The translations under genes and the position numbers were made by a program. The notes under the pieces were generated by a model, which ran no database searches, was not told the DNA's origin, and was given only the letters and a program-made list of their open reading frames with translations. DNA of 64,000 nucleotides from Thermoplasmatota archaeon (GTDB lineage: Archaea; Thermoplasmatota; E2; JACPAO01; JAHFTW01): contig JBFIHX010000001.1 of assembly GCA_041601615.1 (NCBI GenBank), positions 96,001 through 160,000 on the forward strand, given 5' to 3'. The first letter of the stretch is position 1; each line of letters opens with the position of its first letter. This document shows positions 37,238 to 47,450 of the stretch, in pieces.

Positions 37238-39083
37238 GGGATTGTGGGGTCCCACGGACGGGCCCATTTTGGTGGACGGGGGCGTGCTTGATAGGTTTCA
37301 TCCTCGCGGGGCCGTTTGTGTGCGTCGGATTCGCGTGCGTCATGGATGGGTGGCCTGGCCTTTCTGGATGGAGAGACGCGTCCATTTTGGGGCGTTTCTT
37401 GGAGCAGGCTGCAACCAGCACGATGAGCACAAGGAAAATGAATGTCGTGTGTCCGATGGGGCCACTGATCATGCTCGATTGCAGGAGCAATGCGTAGAAT
37501 ACCGCGTTCAGGGTGACGCGGGCGGGCCCATGTTCGCCGGCTTTGGCCGCGAGTCTGACGGCGAGGAAACCGAGCCCGGACATCATTGCTATGAGGCCGG
37601 GTACGCCCATGGTCAGGAGTGCTTCCATGCCGGCGTTGTGGGAGTGCCCTGGGCTATCGGCGACACGGCCCGTGGAACCCACCAGCAATGTGTCGCTGGA
37701 GTGGAATCCGTATCCTGTAAGGGGTCGTTGCAGCGATAGTTCCAGTACGCGGTCCCAGATGAGGGAACGATTCGAGAACGTGGTCACGTCATCGTACCAT
37801 TTGCCTCTCCGGGCGCTTTGAAACAGTTCGCTCGTGGCCACCGCTTCCCAGGCTTCCGTGCCAAACAGCGTCAGGATTGGGGGGCCAAGAATGACGAGGG
37901 CAGGGGCCACGGGGAGCAGGAATTTGCGGGCCGTCAGCATGAATCGATTGCCGGACCAGCCGTAGGCGAGGATGATGGCCATGGCCATGCCGAAGGGAAG
38001 GGCGGCCATTCCGGTGCGGGAGCTGGCTTGTTGGAGCATCAGGCCACCAACGGCCATGGAAGCAAGGAGGAACGGTAGCATCCAGGTCCACCGTCGGCGG
38101 CGAAGCTCGTTTGCAAATCCAATGGCCTCCGTGAGAAACAATAGAGTACTGACGAATGTCAGCCCTGCTGCGTGCGCCAAGATGCCTCGATATCGAACCA
38201 CGTCGGAGGTGGTGGAGATGAGCTCGCCATGCATGAACGGCCAGAGAGCAGCAGAAACGAGTACGATGGTCCGGAGGGACCATGTGAGCACTTGCACCGC
38301 GACTTTGAGTGGTTCTTGACTCCGTGCAATGGCCCAGAGCGTGTAGAGGGCGACGCAGCAAGTGGACAATGCCACGGCGACGGATGCGAGGCCGGCGAAG
38401 GGATTGTAGAAGACAGTGAGCGCTTGCCAAATGAAGAAGCCTAGTGTAATCCAGCCGAAGGCATCGAACGATATTTTGCGCTGGGCGACTTGGTATACCC
38501 CATACAAGCCGACGGCGACGTACAGGAATGCCTTGAAGACGCGTTGGAGGGAGATGGAGTCTTTGTCCGCGGCGCGAAATAGATCAAATTCAATGAAAAT
38601 CAGCAGTACTGCCGTGATGAGCAGGGTCCAGGGAATCGCGGTGCGCCACAAGGCGGTTCCTTTGTTGATGGGACGTCGGCGGTTCGGTGGGCCCATTGCT
38701 CTGGCCCTTCCCGTTGACTGTCGACGAGGGCTTGGTGTGTACGAGGGGTGGTTTGCAGCCCGCGGGTGCCCGCGCCCGATGGCGGTCGGGGCTTGTGCGG
38801 GAGGCCGGGGACGCCCTCCATCTGAGGCGGTCCCGGGTTCCGGCCGGCCTGCGTCGGGCTGGCGGTATGCGTTGTTCTTGGGTCTTAAAATAGCACTCTC
38901 ACGCTGCGAGGGATTTGGTGGGTTACGTCGGGGACTTGCCGAGTCCTGCTTGGCGTCTCGTACGTAGCCTCCGGAACCCTCCTTACGCAGCGCTGACGGG
39001 GGCATCGATGATTTCTGGGACGCCGAAGGGGCGCTTTGTCGCCGTTGCGACGGCGTTGTACTTGTAGCTCCTTCGTGTTCCAT
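37230..39083 (-). CDS. O-antigen ligase / Wzy polymerase family membrane protein with long disordered N-terminus
   Basis: About 11-12 TM helices. RYRG, SSRTG, R..IW......RPLTGYG and HSHN..ME.L...GVPG (Wzy_C). Start uncertain. Confidence 0.8.
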   Translation of the reverse strand: MEHEGATSTTPSQRRQSAPSASQKSSMPPSALRKEGSGGYVRDAKQDSASPRRNPPNPSQRESAILRPKNNAYRQPDAGRPEPGTASDGGRPRPPAQAPTAIGRGHPRAANHPSYTPSPRRQSTGRARAMGPPNRRRPINKGTALWRTAIPWTLLITAVLLIFIEFDLFRAADKDSISLQRVFKAFLYVAVGLYGVYQVAQRKISFDAFGWITLGFFIWQALTVFYNPFAGLASVAVALSTCCVALYTLWAIARSQEPLKVAVQVLTWSLRTIVLVSAALWPFMHGELISTTSDVVRYRGILAHAAGLTFVSTLLFLTEAIGFANELRRRRWTWMLPFLLASMAVGGLMLQQASSRTGMAALPFGMAMAIILAYGWSGNRFMLTARKFLLPVAPALVILGPPILTLFGTEAWEAVATSELFQSARRGKWYDDVTTFSNRSLIWDRVLELSLQRPLTGYGFHSSDTLLVGSTGRVADSPGHSHNAGMEALLTMGVPGLIAMMSGLGFLAVRLAAKAGEHGPARVTLNAVFYALLLQSSMISGPIGHTTFIFLVLIVLVAACSKKRPKMDASLHPERPGHPSMTHANPTHTNGPARMKPIKHAPVHQNGPVRGTPQSHG

Positions 39084-39257
39084 CCTCCACCGTTCCAGTT
39101 GATGGCCGCTTCTCCATTTGAAGTTGGAAAAGACGTTCCCCCGGACAACCCAGGCCAGAGCATGACAAAAAACCTTGTTGGGTCCAATCAGAGCCCATGC
39201 GCCCGATCCACCAGCCTGGAAGAAGAATGGCCCCAGGGAGAGTAGCAAGCAACAGTT

Positions 39258-40316
39258 ATGGAGGCCATCCTTGTCGCTGACCTGTCGATGACGGAAAGTA
39301 CGCAACGGGAATTGAAGGAGATTGAACCAGTTGTTCGAATCAACGACGGGCCCGAGGCACCATTGGTCTCCGTTTTGGTGACCACCTACCAGCACGAGGC
39401 ATACATTGCGCGTTGCCTCGACTCCATTTTGTCCCAGAAAACCGACTTTGCCTTTGAGATTCTACTTGGAGAGGATGCTTCAACGGATGCGACTCGAGAA
39501 ATCTGCCTGGAGTATGCCAAACGCCATCCGGATCACATTCGCCTGTTTCTCCACAACGACGCGAACCGCATCCCCATCTTTGGCAAGCAATCGGGTCGCT
39601 TCAACGTGATCTACACTCTGTCTCAAGCACGAGGAGCATTCATTGCCATCTGCGACGGAGATGATCACTTTTCGCATCCGGAGAAGCTCCAGAGGCAAGT
39701 GGACTTTCTTGTCCAGAACCCAGATTACAGTGCATGCGTCCATGCGCTCGACGTCGTGGATGCCGAGCGCGGCCACTTGTTTGTCACAAATCTTAGCAAA
39801 GGCATCCAAATCAATAAGCAGGACCCCTATTGGAACGCCACAATTGCGCCCGTCGCAATGATGTATCGGCGCGAACTTGTGGACCCGACCGAACTAATGG
39901 GGGAGTTCTACAGCGCTGATCTTGTGATACTGATGCTCTGCATTCAGAAGGGGCCCATTTGGTTCATGGAGGACGTGATGGCCGTCTACTACCGGCATGG
40001 GGGGAGCCGGACACAATCCTTAGACTACTTGGGAAATGGTCGTCGATTCATTGGATTGCTCAATTGTCTTTCCAGTGTACGTCGCACCATCAAGGCGAAG
40101 GGCGGATCGACGCGGTGGATTCTTCCTCGCGTTGCTGAAGTTCATTTCCGGTTCGCTGTGGTCTCGTTGCGCACAGGCCGCGTAGGCAATGCCCTCCGGC
40201 AAAGCGTGATGGGACTGGGTTTCACTATGGCATCTCCTGTTCGGACCGTGCGCCGAATTGCGCGAGTCCGGCGTTCGGATCGGCGCAACAAGAAGCAGTT
40301 CTCATGGAACGGGTAA
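39258..40316 (+). CDS. Glycosyltransferase family 2
   Basis: PLVSVLVTTYQHE.YI..CLDSIL.Q, EDASTD.T and ICDGDD. Confidence 0.92.
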   Translation: MEAILVADLSMTESTQRELKEIEPVVRINDGPEAPLVSVLVTTYQHEAYIARCLDSILSQKTDFAFEILLGEDASTDATREICLEYAKRHPDHIRLFLHNDANRIPIFGKQSGRFNVIYTLSQARGAFIAICDGDDHFSHPEKLQRQVDFLVQNPDYSACVHALDVVDAERGHLFVTNLSKGIQINKQDPYWNATIAPVAMMYRRELVDPTELMGEFYSADLVILMLCIQKGPIWFMEDVMAVYYRHGGSRTQSLDYLGNGRRFIGLLNCLSSVRRTIKAKGGSTRWILPRVAEVHFRFAVVSLRTGRVGNALRQSVMGLGFTMASPVRTVRRIARVRRSDRRNKKQFSWNG

Positions 40317-40408
40317 GCCGCCCCACATTGCCGCCGGAATTGGATCCGGATTGGGAGTTCTTGCTCCAGTGCTACCGTTTCCGCTGCATGTTGGCGGCGG
40401 GCGTGCCC

Positions 40409-41065
40409 CTAGTGGCGCTTTTGCAAAACGACGCAACTCACCGTGAATCGCCGGAACATCCAAGGCAGCTTTGCAGCCGCGGTTTTCCAGTTGCGCATGG
40501 GCGGATACGGTAGCGCCGCTCGGACCAGGGAGCGCAGTGCTTGGCTTGGTTGGAGCAGAAAATACTGTGCGTATCGATGCGATGCTACGCACTCAGAAGC
40601 GACCACTTCGCATCCTGGGAACATGGCGGCGAGGGTTTCTGGATCTGGGCGCAGTCCGTTGTCTTGGGGCGCGGCGTGGTATGGGAAGTCGCGCGGCACG
40701 GAGACGATGAGGTAGCCGCCCTTTGGCACCAGCGCGGCGAGGTTGTGCGCCAGTGCTTCCGGTGCGTCCACGTGTTCGAGGAGGTTGGCGCAAAGCACCG
40801 AGTCGATGCCGAAGGTGGACAACTCCTTGATGAACGCGTTGTCGCAGAGGTCTCCTGCGGCGTCCACGCCTGGTCCGGGAACCAGGTCGGTGTGCACGAT
40901 TCGATCTGCCAGTTCATCCAACACTTCCATGAGTTGGGCTTGGTGTGGTTGGATGCGCTCCCGCATTTGATCGTCGCCACTGCCGACGTTGAGCAAAACC
41001 CCAAGGCCGTTGGGAATATGTTCGCGGGTTGCGCGGGCCAACCACGCTGCTTCCTCGGGGAGCAC
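40409..41065 (-). CDS. Class I SAM-dependent methyltransferase-like protein
   Basis: LNVGSG motif I, VLCANLLEHV and PKGGYLIVSVP..FPYH. Start GTG 41065 or ATG 41116. Confidence 0.75.
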   Translation of the reverse strand: MLPEEAAWLARATREHIPNGLGVLLNVGSGDDQMRERIQPHQAQLMEVLDELADRIVHTDLVPGPGVDAAGDLCDNAFIKELSTFGIDSVLCANLLEHVDAPEALAHNLAALVPKGGYLIVSVPRDFPYHAAPQDNGLRPDPETLAAMFPGCEVVASECVASHRYAQYFLLQPSQALRSLVRAALPYPPMRNWKTAAAKLPWMFRRFTVSCVVLQKRH

Positions 41066-41182
41066 AGCCACCCAGACCGGCCACTGTGCATGAACTTCAC
41101 GCACTGCTTCGGCCATGCGGTTCCAACCACTTTTGTAGGCGAGATTCGTGGATGCACGCGGGCCAAAACCCGTACGGTGTAC

Positions 41183-42196
41183 ATGTCGATGAAGAACCCA
41201 ACGCGAATCATGGTGACCGGTGGAGCCGGCTTCATCGGCAGCAACTACCTACACCACCGACTGCACGCCGCCGGCGCCGCCGACGACTGTTGCGCAGGTG
41301 AGGAACTTCTTGGCTCATCCGAGGGCGAGCTTCAGGTGCTGAATCTGGATGTTCTGACGTATGCTGCCGACCCTCGCAATCTCGATGGGGTGTCCGGCGA
41401 CTCCCAGTATCAATTCCAGCAGACGGACATCCGCGATGCCAATGCCGTTCGCCGCGCCGTGGCGGACTTCAAGCCGGAAGCCATTGTTCATTTTGCTGCC
41501 GAAAGCCACGTGGACCGCAGCATCGAGGGCGGGGGCGTCTTCGTCGAGACCAACGTCCTTGGCACCCAGAATCTTCTGGACGCAGCGCGCATCAACGATG
41601 TTGAAACGTTCATCCACGTCAGCACCGACGAAGTGTACGGCACCATCGATGAGGGCTCCTTCGTGGAGGGCGACCCGTACGAGCCCGGCTCCCCGTATGC
41701 AGCGAGCAAAGCGGGCTCGGACCTCATGGCGTTGGCCCACCACAACACCTACGGAATTGACGTGCGCGTCACTCGCTGCACCAACAACTACGGCCCGCGA
41801 CAGCACCCGGAAAAATTGGTGCCCAAGGCGATCACGCGCATTGCGGCCGGCGAAAGCATGCCCGTTTATGGCTCGGGAAAGAATGTGCGGGACTGGCTGT
41901 ATGTCCTGGATCATTGCCGCGCCATTGACGCGGTACTTGCCCGTGGTGCGCCGGGAGAAGTGTACAACATCGCTGGCCGAGAAGAGAAAACCAACCTGGA
42001 GATTCTCGACGTCCTCTTGGGGGCGTTTGGCGCCGGGCGGGAGCGATTGGAATTCGTGGCCGACCGACTTGGGCACGATTGGCGCTACAGCTTGGACGAT
42101 TCCAAACTTCGTGCACTGGGCTGGGCGCCGCGCGTGGCCTTTGAAGCGGGTATGCGTCGCACCATTGACTGGTACACCGGGAGGAAGGCTGCATGA
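41183..42196 (+). CDS. rfbB: dTDP-glucose 4,6-dehydratase
   Basis: [44 protein letters not shown] and RDWLYV.DH. Confidence 0.95.
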   Translation: MSMKNPTRIMVTGGAGFIGSNYLHHRLHAAGAADDCCAGEELLGSSEGELQVLNLDVLTYAADPRNLDGVSGDSQYQFQQTDIRDANAVRRAVADFKPEAIVHFAAESHVDRSIEGGGVFVETNVLGTQNLLDAARINDVETFIHVSTDEVYGTIDEGSFVEGDPYEPGSPYAASKAGSDLMALAHHNTYGIDVRVTRCTNNYGPRQHPEKLVPKAITRIAAGESMPVYGSGKNVRDWLYVLDHCRAIDAVLARGAPGEVYNIAGREEKTNLEILDVLLGAFGAGRERLEFVADRLGHDWRYSLDDSKLRALGWAPRVAFEAGMRRTIDWYTGRKAA

Positions 42197-43080
42197 AAGG
42201 CATCATCTTGGCGGGGGGCCACGGCACGAGGTTGTACCCGGCAACGAGGGCGGTCTCGAAGCAACTCTTGGCCATCCACGATAAGCCGATGGTGTACTAT
42301 CCGCTCTCGGTTCTGATGCTGTCTGGCATCCGCGAAGTGTTGCTGATTTCGACGCCGGACGATGTGGGCGGCTACAAGCGCTTGTTTGGCGATGGTTCTC
42401 GTTTGGGCATGAAGATCGAGTACGCAGTCCAGGATCGCCCCCGGGGCCTTGCGGACGCGTTCGTGGTGGGTGCCGATTTCATTGATGGAGAGCCTGTGTG
42501 TTTGATTCTCGGAGACAACATCTTCTTCGGTCCGGCCCTGACCGAGCGCCTGCACCGCGCCGCCTCCCGCACCCAGGGTGCGACGGTGTTTGCATACGAG
42601 GTGAAGGACCCGAGTCGGTTTGGTGTCGTGGAGTTCGACAAGGACCGCAAGGCGATCAGCATTGAGGAGAAGCCCGCGCAGCCGAAGTCTCATTTTGCCG
42701 TGACGGGGCTGTACTACTACGATCCTCGCGTCGTGGAGTTGGCGTGCACAGTTGAGCCGTCGGCCCGGGGCGAAGTGGAGATTACCTCCATCAACCAGGC
42801 CTACTTGGAACAAGGCGAGCTACACGTGGAAATTCTTGGCCGTGGCTTTGCTTGGCTGGACACGGGCACCCACGAAAGCTTGCAAGAAGCGACACAGTTT
42901 GTGCACGCCGTGGAGCGCACGCAGGGCTTCAAAATTGCCTGCCTTGAAGAAATCGCATTCCACAATCGCTGGATCGACGAGGATGGCTTGCGACGGGCGG
43001 CCGCCGAGATGCCCGGTACGGAGTACGCTGCGTACTTGTTGTCCATCCTTGACGAGGAGCGGAGCCGGGGCAACGACTAG
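42193..43080 (+). CDS. rfbA: Glucose-1-phosphate thymidylyltransferase
   Basis: [31 protein letters not shown] and [10 protein letters not shown]. Confidence 0.96.
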   Translation: MKGIILAGGHGTRLYPATRAVSKQLLAIHDKPMVYYPLSVLMLSGIREVLLISTPDDVGGYKRLFGDGSRLGMKIEYAVQDRPRGLADAFVVGADFIDGEPVCLILGDNIFFGPALTERLHRAASRTQGATVFAYEVKDPSRFGVVEFDKDRKAISIEEKPAQPKSHFAVTGLYYYDPRVVELACTVEPSARGEVEITSINQAYLEQGELHVEILGRGFAWLDTGTHESLQEATQFVHAVERTQGFKIACLEEIAFHNRWIDEDGLRRAAAEMPGTEYAAYLLSILDEERSRGND

Positions 43081-43148
43081 GCCGGTACGGACCTAGCCGA
43101 CGGAGTCAGCGGTGGCCCAGGGAGCGTGCCGTTGGCCGCGACCGTGCT

Positions 43149-44447
43149 TTACCCGACGATGCTCTCGAAGTCCCAGCCCTCGGGTGCTTGGGCAAACAAG
43201 CCGGCAAGGTCGAGGATGTGGGTTCGTGGTGTGTGTGCCCCGAGGACCTGACGGAACTCTGCTGCTCCGTGCGTGACGACGACGAGGTCGCAGCCTTCCA
43301 GTGCTTCTTCTGCGTCGGGGTACAGGAGCTCCTCGAAGTGGGGCAAGGTGTGGCGAATGAACTCCAGGTTGGTGCCCATCAGTCGGGCCTCTTGCACGCT
43401 GCCGTCGTAGATGCGCACGGTGATGCCTTCACCCAGCAGCGCCTTTACGAGGGGTACGGCGGGGCTTTCTCGCAGGTCGTCGGTGCCGGGTTTGAACGCC
43501 AGTCCGAACACAGCGACTCGGCGTGCTCCGGTGCGCAGCACGAGGTCCAAGGCGTGTTGGATGTGTGCGCCGTTGCTTGCTTGCACTGCCTCCAAGAGTG
43601 GCGCCGTGACGCCGGCCGAGCGGGCGTAGAAACCAAGCGCACGGGTGTCTTTGGGAAGGCACGACCCGCCGTAGGCAAACCCGGGGCGCAGGTGGTGTGC
43701 CGAGAGGTTGTAGCGGGTGTCTTGTAGGAAGATTTCCATCAGTTCGCGGCCATCCACGTTGAGGCCTTTGGCGATGCGGCCAATTTCATTGGCAAAAGCG
43801 ACTTTGGTGGCGCGCCAGGCGTTGCAGGTGGTTTTGACCAGTTCCGCCACGCGCACGTCAACGCTGAGCACGGCGGCGTTCACGGAGGCGTACAGTGCTC
43901 GCAAGGCCCGTTCGGCTTCGGCGTCCTCGGTGCCGATGACGGTGTATGGGGGGGCGTCGTAGTCCTTGAGGGCGCTGCCTTCGCGTAGGAATTCAGGGTT
44001 GAAGGCGACGGGAACGAAACGACCTGCTTCTTCGCGGATGATTTTGGCGCACTCGTGGGTGGTGCCTGGGGGAACGGTGCTTCGCAGCACGACGACGTGA
44101 TCGCCGTCTTTGCTTCGAATGGCGGCGCCGATTTGCCGACAAACGTTCCAGACGTGTTGCAGGTTTGGGCTGCCGTCCACTTGCGATGGCGTGCCGACGC
44201 TGATGAAGCTGACGTCGGTCTCGTGCACGGCGGCGGTGGCGTCGGTGGTGGCGTGGATGCGCCCTGCGGCGACACCGTCGCGCAGTTGCTCGGAGAGTCC
44301 CACTTCGACGATGGGTGCGAGTCCTTGCGCCATGTTGCGCACTTTGTCTTCGCTTACATCTACGCCTACGACCGTGAATCCATCTCTTGACAGGCACGCC
44401 GAAGTGACGGCGCCAACGTAGCCAAGTCCGAAGATGCTTACCCGCAT
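43149..44447 (-). CDS. GDP-mannose/UDP-glucose 6-dehydrogenase (AlgD-like)
   Basis: GLGYVG, NPEFLREG, GFAYGGSCLPKD and FKPGTDDLRES. Confidence 0.92.
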   Translation of the reverse strand: MRVSIFGLGYVGAVTSACLSRDGFTVVGVDVSEDKVRNMAQGLAPIVEVGLSEQLRDGVAAGRIHATTDATAAVHETDVSFISVGTPSQVDGSPNLQHVWNVCRQIGAAIRSKDGDHVVVLRSTVPPGTTHECAKIIREEAGRFVPVAFNPEFLREGSALKDYDAPPYTVIGTEDAEAERALRALYASVNAAVLSVDVRVAELVKTTCNAWRATKVAFANEIGRIAKGLNVDGRELMEIFLQDTRYNLSAHHLRPGFAYGGSCLPKDTRALGFYARSAGVTAPLLEAVQASNGAHIQHALDLVLRTGARRVAVFGLAFKPGTDDLRESPAVPLVKALLGEGITVRIYDGSVQEARLMGTNLEFIRHTLPHFEELLYPDAEEALEGCDLVVVTHGAAEFRQVLGAHTPRTHILDLAGLFAQAPEGWDFESIVG

Positions 44448-44658
44448 GATGGGGCCGCGAGAGGGGGCGCCGTTTTGAAGGGTGGTATCCCAGTCCTGCG
44501 CATTGGCTGGCGGGTTCTACTTGCTTCGAAGGCGTTGGATGGGCTGGGTCGCATGCAAAAACCATATCCATGTGTCCACGGGCTGTGGATTTGGGTTGCA
44601 CGTTGTCCCTTGCGGTTCGTGCGGATTGCGGTGGCGTGCTGGATGGGCCCAGGCTGTT

Positions 44659-46215
44659 TCAAGTGGACCGTCGAAGACTGCGCAAGTGGTCGCGGAATTC
44701 GGGAAGGGCCGGGTTGCGGCCAAGCACATTCAATAGGAGGTAGGCGGCCAGCGTTATGGGCACGAGGATGACGACCTGGAGCCAAGTTGCTTGGGCCTCG
44801 AGCTGCGATGCAATCCATATGCCTCCTGCGGTGACGGACATCGCAGCCACAAGCGATGGGAGTACATCTTGCATTGGGTGCGTGGATTGCCGTTCCATCA
44901 GTCGGGTCACGTAATGGCCGTTGACAAGCAATGCCAGATATGCGACAGACACGGAGCCCCAAAGGAGTGCATAGAACCCAAACAGCACCCCGATCACGAG
45001 AACGACTCCGGAGGCACACAGAGTGAGTACTGCAAGGCGCAACGCTAGGTCTGATCGGCCGAATACATTGAGGAGGTTGCGCATCACGGCGTGCAAGGGA
45101 ATCACGGCCCCGGAAACACAGAGAACTTGGAAGATCGGCACGGCGCCGAGCCATTGGGTGCCTAGTACGAGTTCGATTAAGGGCCCGGCCGTGACGATGA
45201 GTGTCGCCATCATGGGCATGGAAACGAAGGAGACGGAGCGAACGAGCGACCGAAACGACCGAGCCAGGCGCTCGGGGTTGTCCTGCATCCGTGACAGCAA
45301 GGGGTAGGTGACGTCTTGGATGACGCCGCCTAGGGCCATGCTTGGAAATTGCACGAGTACCTTGGAGCGCCGGTATTGGCCCAGGGTTTCGACAGAGAAC
45401 TGTTTGCCGATGACTAGGCTGTACAATTCACGGCTCAATGTGCCAAGAAGCGACGTGAACATCAATTTGTAGCCGAAGCTATAGTGGTGTCGGAAGCGCA
45501 ATTTGTCGAATGTCAAGGAGGGATGCCAGCTAGATGCAATCCAGAAGAAGATCGCCATGATGAGGTCCCGGCTGAAGTGGTATGCAACGATGCTCCATAC
45601 GCCAAAGCCTTGCCATGCCATGGTGATGCCAAGCGCGGCGCCCAGGATGTGGCCCGGGACGCGCATCAGTGCGAGGCGCTTGAATTGAACGCGCTTGAGC
45701 ATGATGCTGCGCTGAATCACCGTGAACGCCGACACGGGCACCATCAGGCCATACACACGAAGCAGCGGCTCGAGTATGGGTTCTTCGTAGAATCGGGCCA
45801 CGAAGGGAGCAATGGCAAAAAGGAATCCATAGAATGCAATGGCCATCACCACGGACGCGTAGAACACCGTCGAAAAATCCCTATCGTCGGCTTCTTTCTC
45901 GCGGATGATGGAGAGGCCCAAGCCACCGTCGATGACTTGGCGGCCGACTTCGTAGAAGACCACGAGAATGGCAATCAATCCGAACTCAAGCGGCGACAGC
46001 AATCGGGCTAGGACGATGGTGGCAAGAAAGCCCAAGCCAGTGAGGAAGAACCGTTCGATGCCCGTCATCAAAAATCCACGACGTGCATGTTTGCGCATGT
46101 CGTCGCGGGGCGCGCGCGTTGAAGCCGCGCCCGGGCCCGAATCGTCGTGTGGCGGGGTGGCTGTCGCCGCGTGGGGCGTGCCGGATGGAGACGGTTCGGG
46201 AGATTGGGGAGTCAT
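44659..46215 (-). CDS. wzx: Polysaccharide flippase Wzx (WzxC-like)
   Basis: LARLLSP.EFGL, DGG....II, FG.K and LGQY motifs, with 12-14 TM helices. Confidence 0.88.
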   Translation of the reverse strand: MTPQSPEPSPSGTPHAATATPPHDDSGPGAASTRAPRDDMRKHARRGFLMTGIERFFLTGLGFLATIVLARLLSPLEFGLIAILVVFYEVGRQVIDGGLGLSIIREKEADDRDFSTVFYASVVMAIAFYGFLFAIAPFVARFYEEPILEPLLRVYGLMVPVSAFTVIQRSIMLKRVQFKRLALMRVPGHILGAALGITMAWQGFGVWSIVAYHFSRDLIMAIFFWIASSWHPSLTFDKLRFRHHYSFGYKLMFTSLLGTLSRELYSLVIGKQFSVETLGQYRRSKVLVQFPSMALGGVIQDVTYPLLSRMQDNPERLARSFRSLVRSVSFVSMPMMATLIVTAGPLIELVLGTQWLGAVPIFQVLCVSGAVIPLHAVMRNLLNVFGRSDLALRLAVLTLCASGVVLVIGVLFGFYALLWGSVSVAYLALLVNGHYVTRLMERQSTHPMQDVLPSLVAAMSVTAGGIWIASQLEAQATWLQVVILVPITLAAYLLLNVLGRNPALPEFRDHLRSLRRST

Positions 46216-46531
46216 ATGGGCTCGGTTGCCGCACGGTACGGCGTGGACAGGATGCGGGGACCGCTCGGTTGCCGGCACGTCGGCGACTCTATTTCATGTT
46301 GGAAGGTCTGCTGTTCCGGCGCACCCCCCGCCCCGTTGGATTTCGGCGTCCGTTGCGTGGCCTCCGCAGATTGGCTGGACCGTGTGGGCGAGGGGCGCGG
46401 GGAGTGGGCAGAGTACCCCCGATGAATTGTTAGGGGAATTGCCGCTCGAGACGGGGAAGGAGCGCATGGGCATTTGTGTGGCACCCTCGATGGAAACCGG
46501 GAAATCCAATCGCAGAGTCGTGGGTAACAAC

Positions 46532-47395
46532 ATGGTGAAATTGGCTCTGGAAAAACTGCGCAATGGCGTGATGTTTCGGGTTCGTAGCCGCCTTGCCCAC
46601 AGACGCCCAGATCGAAAAGTGGAGATTTTCATAGTGGGGGCCCAGAAGGCAGGAACGACGGCACTTTTTGAAATTCTGAGCCATCATTCTGAAATTGCAG
46701 GCGCCGCCATCAAGGAAACCAATTACTATGGAAAAGGTGGAGATGCAGATTCGAGTGCATGGAACAATGTTGGGGGTTTTTTCCACCGAGGAGCATGGAA
46801 AGATCACCGCCTAAAGCTGATGGAAGCAACACCCCGCTACCTCTCGGATCCAGGCAGTCATGAGAAAATATTTGCACACAATACCAATGCAAAAATTATC
46901 ATTATTCTTCGCAATCCAGCGCAACGAGTTCTTTCGGCATGGACTATGTACCATGCCCATTTTAAGACAGGGCGATACGAGCATTACCACGATGCTCGCC
47001 CGTTTGCGCAAGTGGTTAAAGAGGAATTAGCCGCTCCAGGAGATGCGCAATCCAATCCGAAGGGCTATGTCCATCGAGGATTGTATTTGGAGCAGATTCA
47101 ACGGTACCAAAAGCAATTTGGCCAAGATCAGGTCATCATCCTGGAAAACGACGACCTCCGGAATGATTTTGACCGCGTCAGCCGCGAATTGCAAGAATTC
47201 CTAGGCGTGCAGTACGAACCCCTCCAACCTCGGCAAGCGAACCAACGGCGCGTGCAAAACCGAGAGAACTACCCGGAGCAGATGAAGCAACTGTACGCGT
47301 TCTTCGAAGGTCCGAACCATGCGCTGTTTCAGGCGCTCGGGCGCAGCTACCCCTGGGGGCCGCCCGAGGAGCCCGCCAAGGATGCAACCCCATAG
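46532..47395 (+). CDS. Sulfotransferase (Sulfotransfer_1, heparan-sulfate 3-O-ST-like)
   Basis: 5'-PSB GAQKAGTT, KE..Y, EATP.Y, 3'-PB RNP..R..S.W and RGLY.EQI. Confidence 0.88.
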   Translation: MVKLALEKLRNGVMFRVRSRLAHRRPDRKVEIFIVGAQKAGTTALFEILSHHSEIAGAAIKETNYYGKGGDADSSAWNNVGGFFHRGAWKDHRLKLMEATPRYLSDPGSHEKIFAHNTNAKIIIILRNPAQRVLSAWTMYHAHFKTGRYEHYHDARPFAQVVKEELAAPGDAQSNPKGYVHRGLYLEQIQRYQKQFGQDQVIILENDDLRNDFDRVSRELQEFLGVQYEPLQPRQANQRRVQNRENYPEQMKQLYAFFEGPNHALFQALGRSYPWGPPEEPAKDATP

Positions 47396-47450
47396 CGGCA
47401 TGGGGCCCGTCTAGTTCGAAGCGACTGGTTGTAGTGGATTCAATCGCGCT

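Noticed and set aside
41183-43080. dTDP-L-rhamnose pathway
   Set aside because: rmlC and rmlD are absent from the window. The VioA-like aminotransferase better explains the use of the 4-keto intermediate, although rmlCD could lie elsewhere.
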